Shown one piece after another: positions 1-4,912 of a DNA stretch of 12,374 nt. The translations under genes and the position numbers were made by a program. Source of the stretch: Candidatus Fraserbacteria bacterium. GTDB lineage: Bacteria; Bipolaricaulota; Bipolaricaulia; RBG-16-55-9. The notes under the pieces were generated by a model. The model ran no database searches, was not told the origin of the DNA, and saw nothing but the letters and a program-made list of their open reading frames with translations. How positions within the stretch are numbered: position 1 is the stretch's first letter; each line of letters opens with the position of its first letter. Location of the stretch: the NCBI GenBank assembly GCA_037442925.1, contig JBBIPG010000065.1:1-12374 (forward strand), written 5' to 3'.

Positions 1-1
1 C

Positions 2-58
2 AAGAGAGCCGTGCGCTGCCTGGAAGAGAGGAAGGAGTTGGAGTACATTCTTACGTGA
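2..58 (+). CDS. 3' end of an unidentified CDS entering from the left edge (partial; ...KRAVRCLEERKELEYILT*)
   Basis: Open frame from the window edge to TGA at 56-58. The peptide is charged and helix-like but too short to assign a family. Confidence 0.4.
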   Translation, partial: KRAVRCLEERKELEYILT

Positions 59-100
59 GGCAACGAATCTCATTTCGAGTACTTTCTTAGGTGAGGCAAC
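41..100. repeat. Imperfect 24-bp direct repeat (2 copies, 12-bp spacer)
   Basis: GAGTACATTCTTACGTGAGGCAAC (41-64) versus GAGTACTTTCTTAGGTGAGGCAAC (77-100): 22/24 identical. Spacer GAATCTCATTTC (65-76). Confidence 0.85.
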
Positions 101-240
101 AGGGTAGCGTCACCCCCAGCTTCACCGCTCGCTCTAGGTTGTAGACCAAACACACCGCCACCAGCTCCCGGAACTGCCGCCACCACACCCGGCTGCTGAC
201 GGCATCTCCATACTTGCTTGCGCTTGATGACCGAGATGAC
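87..240 (-). pseudogene. IS5-family (ISH1-like) DDE transposase C-terminal fragment, frameshifted
   Basis: Minus strand reads VISVIKRK / YGDAVSSRVWWRQFRELVAVCLVYNLERAVKLGVTL once the 4-bp duplication CTTGCTTG (213-220) is removed. This resembles the helix after the catalytic Glu and the late YN region of IS5/ISH1-group transposases (from recall). TAA at 87-89. Confidence 0.75.
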
Positions 241-241
241 C

Positions 242-257
242 GGGTCTGTAGAAATCC
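242..257 (-). mobile_element. Probable IS terminal inverted repeat (right end, GGATTTCTACAGACCC on minus strand)
   Basis: Resembles the GATTTCTACAGA-type right ends of ISH1-group elements (from recall). It sits exactly where transposase homology breaks off. No partner repeat is visible in the window. Confidence 0.5.
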
Positions 258-346
258 ATCTGTGAAGGAAGGTTTCGGGCTCGAACTTGAGCTAGAATTT
301 GGGCTGCGGCCGGCAGCGAAGCGACATCATGAGGGACAGGAACGCT

Positions 347-1234
347 TTAGTGTTCATACCCGCGATCTGCTAATCCGACTGTGCTCCCGTTCTCTTCCAT
401 CCAGATCCCCTCTTGCGTTACTCCACCGATCACAGCAAATGGTGCGGCACTCTGGGCCTGTTGCAGGGATGTGGTGGGCAACGTGAAGAGTAATTCGAAA
501 TCTTCCCCCGTGTAGAGGGCCATCTCGCGAAGCTCGCTTTCATCACGAGCGAGACTCGCTACCTCACTATCAATAGGGAAATCCCCAAAGCGCACGCAGA
601 ACCCCACACCACTGGCCTCACCGAGTTGGTACAGCGAACGGGCTAGACCATCGCTGATGTCCATCATGCTCGTGGCATGAGGAGCCAGAGCTAGACCCTC
701 CGCGATGCGTGGCGTGAACCGGAAGAGTCGATTTGCGCGCTCATGCTCTCCTTGCTCGAAGAGCTTCAAGGCGGCCGCTGTGCGTCCGAGCGAACCTGTC
801 ACACAGACGAGGTCTCCTGGCTTCGCGCCCGAGCGCCTCACAGGCCTTTTCACTTCACCGACTGCCGAGCTTACCAACGTCATTTCCTGATGCTGGGAGA
901 GATCTCCCCCCAAATAGAGCGTGTCCGCACTCTGGCAGCTATCGATCACGCCTTGCAGCATTTCATCTAAAAAGAGGCGCTCGAAGCTCGGCGCACCTAG
1001 TGCCAGAACGACGCCCAAGGGCTTGGCCCCCATGGCCGCAATATCGCTCAAAGAGACCGCCACCGCTCGCCATCCCATCGTATAAGCGGTTACACCATCT
1101 GGGAAATCGATCTTTCGCCAGAGCATGTCCGTCGTGACGACAAGATGGGTTCCGGCAAAGGGGATGACCGCGCAATCGTCCCCAGCGCTGGGGACCCGCT
1201 GAGCTAGCCATCGCAAGACTTCGCGTTCTCTCAT
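347..1234 (-). CDS. thiL: Thiamine-monophosphate kinase
   Basis: PurM-fold ThiL motifs GDDCA, TTDML, SLSDIAAMGA, GGD, RSGAKPGD, DISDGL, GEDFEL and terminal GYEH. Start moved from 1297 to ATG 1234 (MREREVLRWL), which follows the SD GGAGG at 1248-1244; 295 aa. Confidence 0.95.
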   Translation of the reverse strand: MREREVLRWLAQRVPSAGDDCAVIPFAGTHLVVTTDMLWRKIDFPDGVTAYTMGWRAVAVSLSDIAAMGAKPLGVVLALGAPSFERLFLDEMLQGVIDSCQSADTLYLGGDLSQHQEMTLVSSAVGEVKRPVRRSGAKPGDLVCVTGSLGRTAAALKLFEQGEHERANRLFRFTPRIAEGLALAPHATSMMDISDGLARSLYQLGEASGVGFCVRFGDFPIDSEVASLARDESELREMALYTGEDFELLFTLPTTSLQQAQSAAPFAVIGGVTQEGIWMEENGSTVGLADRGYEH

Positions 1235-1250
1235 GCTGATCGTCCTCCGA

Positions 1251-1279
1251 ATTATGAGGTTCATCCGTACGAAACGCAA
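1251..1279 (-). promoter_or_regulatory. Putative sigma70 promoter for thiL
   Basis: TTGCGT (1279-1274), 17 bp, CATAAT (1256-1251) on the minus strand. The implied TSS falls at or within the SD, which lowers confidence. Confidence 0.45.
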
Positions 1280-1290
1280 TTCTCTCCCCC

Positions 1291-1319
1291 TTGACAACCG
1301 CGCGCGTCCGCGTTATCAT
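1291..1319 (+). promoter_or_regulatory. sigma70 promoter driving the riboswitch and PKD-protein transcript
   Basis: TTGACA (1291-1296), 17 bp, TATCAT (1314-1319), followed by an AT-rich leader. Predicted TSS ~1326. Confidence 0.75.
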
Positions 1320-1389
1320 TTTGGATAGAAATTATAAATAGAACCGCTAGGTTAGCAACTTACATTTAGTATTAGTACATAACCGAAAC

Positions 1390-1478
1390 CATCCGAAAAG
1401 GGCAAACCGCCCGAAAGAGCGGGGCGCAAAGCCACGGGCCTAAAGGAGGTTCCTATGGTGGCCGGGCTACCGAAGATG
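1390..1478 (+). ncRNA. Cyclic di-GMP-I (GEMM-I) riboswitch
   Basis: AGGGCAAACC-GCCC-GAAA-GAGC-GGGGCGCAAAGCC-ACGGGCCTAA...TATGG-TGGCCGGGCTACCG gives P2 with a GAAA tetraloop, the GCAAAGC junction and P3 with a CCUAA/UAUGG tetraloop receptor. P1 is CATC-CG (1390-1395) pairing with CG-AA-GATG (1471-1478). The layout matches Vibrio cholerae Vc2. Confidence 0.93.
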
Positions 1479-2948
1479 CGAGGTGTAGTGTTCTTTCTTC
1501 TTTCCGTGTCTTTCCTCTTCACCGCGTTTGTCACCCAGGCAGAAACTGCCTCGTCAGAAGAGACCCTTGTCGCTCGTCAAAGCGGCCTCTCCTGGACGAT
1601 CACTCCACTTGTGGGGCAGCAGACTCCCGCGGACTTCTATGCGTATAGTGACTTTCAGAGTCACAATCCTCTCATACAGCCAGATACCAGCCTGGTCTTC
1701 TTCTATCGAGATTCCGGGGATACGCAAGCCGAGATGCTCAACCTCGTCATCATTCATGGCTCCTCCTCATCATATGGGGCGATCGAGAGCACAGCCAGCT
1801 TTTCGCTGTGGGGAGTGCCGCCAACGGCCTATACGCTCATCAAGGACGATCCCGATGATTATTATTCGCTCTCCCCTCCGGCAGGCAACATCAACTGGAG
1901 GTGGTCGGCGAGGTACACCGATGGGACGGTCCTGGGAGGCTTGCTGGGGGAGTTTACGCTGACCATCTATCCTCGGTTCGAGCCGGAAATCAAACATTGG
2001 CGGCTGGCCACAGGCGGTGTTGATAATCCGCAGTACATTGAACTGAGCCCGCGCGATCCCCTCACCTTGGAAATGCGCTTGCCCGATCCGGTCGCCCACT
2101 TCCGCTTTCAACCGGAACAACCTCTGGCCGGTGAGTGGGTATCCTTCGATGCCAGTTCCTCTCGTTCGTCCGCCGGATCGATCACGCAATACCGTTGGGA
2201 TTTTGACGGTGATGGCATCGCTGAGCTTCGCTCCACGACTCCTCTAGCCACGCACGCGTTTCAGACACCGGGTGACCAGACGGTGACACTGGAAATCGAA
2301 GATGGGATGGGGCGGGTGGCGAGAGAAACCCGCACGATTCCCGTGCAAAACGGTGCCGTGCGCGTGACAAGGGTCCTTAAGACCCCACTGCCAGAGTTTC
2401 AGATCCTGCGAGGCTACTCGTTCGACGTGGAGCTGTGGGTCGATTCAGAGTTGACTGTTAACGGCTTGGGCATTGAAGAGGTGCCTCCTGTGGGCTGGAG
2501 CGTTCGGCCCGTGGATAACGACGGGGCCCAGTTCAACGCCGAGACGTTGGCTTGGGTCTTCCTCGAGACTCTCTATGCCGGGGACAGACGCCGGATTCAG
2601 TATCGGATAGAGGTGCCCATGCGGGAGCAACCGGGCGTCTATCGCTTTACGGGGCGTGCGATCAGTGGTTTCCCACAAGTGATCACCGAGGTCCGTGGCA
2701 ACAGCGAAATGCGTGTGATCAGCGCGCTCTCGATTGAGCTTGCGATCTCACGCTTGAACGATCAAGGGGAGATCGATCTTACGCTTTCCAACCTGATCAG
2801 CTTCGCCCAGATTCTTCAGGCGACGGCTCTCTGGCAGGAGCAGCGGCCCGTACCCGGTACCAATGGGCGTCGCATCGATCTCAGCACGATGGTACGCCTT
2901 GTTGCCTACTGGCTGACAGATACTCCAGTAAATCAGCGCTTACCATAA
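1455..2948 (+). CDS. Secreted/cell-surface PKD-domain protein (signal peptide, N-terminal beta-rich domain, PKD, Ig-like domain, C-terminal paired-helix motif)
   Basis: Signal peptide KMRGVVFFLLSVSFLFTAFVTQA|E. PKD signature PVAHF...VSFDASSS...ITQYRWDFDGDG...HAFQTPGDQTVTLEIEDG (~2088-2348). SD AAGGAGGT at 1443-1450 precedes ATG 1455; an alternative in-frame ATG is at 1476. Confidence 0.85.
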   Translation: MVAGLPKMRGVVFFLLSVSFLFTAFVTQAETASSEETLVARQSGLSWTITPLVGQQTPADFYAYSDFQSHNPLIQPDTSLVFFYRDSGDTQAEMLNLVIIHGSSSSYGAIESTASFSLWGVPPTAYTLIKDDPDDYYSLSPPAGNINWRWSARYTDGTVLGGLLGEFTLTIYPRFEPEIKHWRLATGGVDNPQYIELSPRDPLTLEMRLPDPVAHFRFQPEQPLAGEWVSFDASSSRSSAGSITQYRWDFDGDGIAELRSTTPLATHAFQTPGDQTVTLEIEDGMGRVARETRTIPVQNGAVRVTRVLKTPLPEFQILRGYSFDVELWVDSELTVNGLGIEEVPPVGWSVRPVDNDGAQFNAETLAWVFLETLYAGDRRRIQYRIEVPMREQPGVYRFTGRAISGFPQVITEVRGNSEMRVISALSIELAISRLNDQGEIDLTLSNLISFAQILQATALWQEQRPVPGTNGRRIDLSTMVRLVAYWLTDTPVNQRLP

Positions 2949-3056
2949 GAAAGACGTAGAAGGCTCCTGCGAAGCGATCCCCTTCGTGCTATGATGAAGC
3001 GACGAATCATCCACGCTGTGCATGTCCATTTGCCAGTCCAAGAAAGACTCGTCAGA

Positions 3057-4037
3057 TCATCCGTTGACAGATTCCACAGCGGCGCGCATGTTGGCCTCGG
3101 GTGTCGTGATGAGAGTCACGCAGCCCGCGCCGAGGATCACTCGCGAGTTTTTGGTCTGGCGCAAGGCGTCCTGCACCTGAGCTTGCACGTCCGCAGGCGC
3201 GCCGTTGAAGAGTGTCTGCGAGCGATGCAGTCCGCCAAGCACGGCTCCCCTGCGGAAGAGTCGTTGACCCTCTGCCAACGACGGTCTTGTCTCTCGATCA
3301 TGCCAATTGATAATCTGCACAGGGTAGACACTTACGAGTCCGAACATCGGGTTCAGGCCATGCAAGTGCAGTAGTAAGAGCTTCGCTTGGCCGCGTACGT
3401 ATTCCAGAATGGGGAGATCGTACTCCACTCCGAACTCTCGGTATTCTTCATTGCTCAAGAGATCATAGCTGGCGAGCTGTGTGGCGAAGAAGATCCCATC
3501 GGCTCCGTGATGCAGACATTCGAGAGCGAATCGGGCCGTCGTCTCCGTAATCGTGTGCAGGCCAGTCTTGAGGTCGTTGGGATGGTTCCTCAGGTGCTCC
3601 AGCGCAAGATCTCCCGCGAGCTGCTTGGCGATGGTGAGAGGACTGAAGATCGTCTGCAGCACATGAACGTCATTGCCCACGCCCTGGCGGATGAGTTCTA
3701 GAGCACGAAGCTCACGTGCGAAAACACCTTGCGTCACATGGAGCGGTTGCAGTCCATGCCAGTCTTCAGGGTGTTTGACTGGTCGGCTGAGATACTGTCT
3801 AGTTCCTTCCGCGTTGTTTGTGGGTTTTAGTAGGGCTCCCCAGGCTTCCGCAGGGTAGCCGGAGGCGGGAGTCACTTTGACGAGATCGAAGTCGTATTTC
3901 TTCTGGAAGTCGATGGCGGCTTGGGCGAGTCCTTCGGCCGTCTGGTCTTGCACCGGAAAATGTCGCCAGAGAGCGATGGGGACTCTATCAAGCTTCTCGC
4001 CTCGAATAGCGGCTTCGATGCGCTCGCGATGGGTCAT
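3057..4037 (-). CDS. Uroporphyrinogen decarboxylase (URO-D/MtaA-CmuA) superfamily protein, not canonical HemE
   Basis: MTHRERIEAAIRGEKLDRVP start, QTIFSP, GADGIFFA, HLHG, INW, LGGL and ILGAGC...TPEAN are typical of URO-D-like TIM barrels. The HemE RQAGR motif is absent. Confidence 0.85.
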   Translation of the reverse strand: MTHRERIEAAIRGEKLDRVPIALWRHFPVQDQTAEGLAQAAIDFQKKYDFDLVKVTPASGYPAEAWGALLKPTNNAEGTRQYLSRPVKHPEDWHGLQPLHVTQGVFARELRALELIRQGVGNDVHVLQTIFSPLTIAKQLAGDLALEHLRNHPNDLKTGLHTITETTARFALECLHHGADGIFFATQLASYDLLSNEEYREFGVEYDLPILEYVRGQAKLLLLHLHGLNPMFGLVSVYPVQIINWHDRETRPSLAEGQRLFRRGAVLGGLHRSQTLFNGAPADVQAQVQDALRQTKNSRVILGAGCVTLITTPEANMRAAVESVNG

Positions 4038-4123
4038 TATGTTACTTTCTTAGACTCTTCCCAAAGCTGATTGCCAATTCTCGACTTTTTGCGTCTGTTG
4101 AACAAAGCAAATAAGCCTTCATT

Positions 4124-4441
4124 TTAGATATGAATGACCCTCCCTTTGGTAACCTCCTTCAAGAATGGCCATTCATCGTGCTCCCACTCCTGCGGTGTGA
4201 CTCCAAACGCTTCGATAGGCTCCAGGATGCGCGCAGCAGCAACTCCCAGCAACTCCAGACGTTCTCGCAAGTCCTTATCGGCGAAGCCACGGGAGATCAC
4301 GATCAAGTCGATGTCACTCCAAGCTTTCCCTTCTCCACGTGCCCAGGAGCCAAACAAGATGATCTTCTCAACTCCTAGACCCATCTTGCCTAGCTGCTTC
4401 TTGTATCGTTCGATTACCGAGACAATCGCGTTCTTATCCAT
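4124..4441 (-). CDS. Minimal nucleotidyltransferase (MNT), putative antitoxin
   Basis: 105 aa with the Pol-beta NTase motif ILFGSWARGE...SDIDLIVI. Overlaps the upstream HEPN gene by 28 nt. Confidence 0.9.
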   Translation of the reverse strand: MDKNAIVSVIERYKKQLGKMGLGVEKIILFGSWARGEGKAWSDIDLIVISRGFADKDLRERLELLGVAAARILEPIEAFGVTPQEWEHDEWPFLKEVTKGRVIHI

Positions 4442-4803
4442 TTCAACACCTCATAGGTCTTATTCAGGTACTCTTGGGCTACACGCCGAGGATAGGCTTT
4501 GACCACTTTCTGCAAGTCTTCCGGGTAGCGCGTAACCACACTGACATCGTTCAATTTCCCCATAAAGTCTAGCAGATCTGGCGGGACAGACAAGGTCAGT
4601 TCTTTTACGAAGAATAGTAAGTTATGTGTCCTCGGCGGCAGTTGCTTCTTGATTTCTGAATACAGACCCTTCAGCGCCTTTTCAATAGCTAGGTGACACA
4701 TGAAGATGCAATAGACATACCTTCGCGAACGAAAGAGAGCTTTCGCTGTTTCCCAATCATAATCTGACTGCTCAAGCCACTTCTGTGCTTGCTCCTTCAT
4801 CAC
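4414..4803 (-). CDS. HEPN-domain protein, putative toxin partner of MNT
   Basis: WLEQSDYDWETAK...CIFMCHLAIEKALKGL...PPRTHNL...TRYP is the COG2250-type HEPN pattern. Start is GTG 4803 or ATG 4800. Confidence 0.9.
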   Translation of the reverse strand: MMKEQAQKWLEQSDYDWETAKALFRSRRYVYCIFMCHLAIEKALKGLYSEIKKQLPPRTHNLLFFVKELTLSVPPDLLDFMGKLNDVSVVTRYPEDLQKVVKAYPRRVAQEYLNKTYEVLKWIRTRLSR

Positions 4804-4808
4804 GGTTG

Positions 4809-4837
4809 ATCATGATGCACAGTCTCAACGTTGTCAA
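4809..4837 (-). promoter_or_regulatory. sigma70 promoter of HEPN-MNT, probably leaderless
   Basis: TTGACA (4837-4832), 17 bp, CATGAT (4814-4809). Only 5 nt separate the -10 from GTG 4803 and 8 nt from ATG 4800; no SD is present. Confidence 0.6.
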
Positions 4838-4862
4838 ACGAGTCGCTTATTGCCAAAACCTC

Positions 4863-4892
4863 TTGCGTAGTCCGTGAACTCTTGAGTACAGT
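4863..4892 (+). promoter_or_regulatory. Putative sigma70 promoter for the M20 hydrolase
   Basis: TTGCGT (4863-4868), 18 bp, TACAGT (4887-4892). SD GGGAGG (4903-4908) precedes ATG 4913. Confidence 0.4.
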
Positions 4893-4912
4893 GAAAAAGC
4901 GAGGGAGGCTTT

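Noticed and set aside
41..100. CRISPR array, or dif/attC site, suggested by the GTTGCC-starting repeat on the minus strand
   Set aside because: Only two copies with a 12-bp spacer and no cas genes. There is no convincing XerC/XerD arm symmetry or attC hairpin.
214..486. 90-aa plus-strand ORF
   Set aside because: Antisense to the IS remnant and the 3' end of thiL, with no recognisable motif.
1235..1297. N-terminal extension of ThiL in the ORF track
   Set aside because: Overlaps predicted promoter elements. The SD and family-like N-terminus point to ATG 1234.
1235..1390. TPP riboswitch upstream of thiL
   Set aside because: No CTGAGA...ACCTG...GGGA core on the minus strand, and the predicted leader is very short.
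1352..1534. 60-aa minus-strand ORF
   Set aside because: Antisense to the riboswitch and signal peptide, with no SD or motif.
2949..3056. Intrinsic terminator between the convergent PKD and URO-D genes, and the 127-aa ORF starting at 2991
   Set aside because: Only weak ~5-bp stems (CGAAG/CTTCG) without a U-tract. The ORF is mostly antisense to URO-D.
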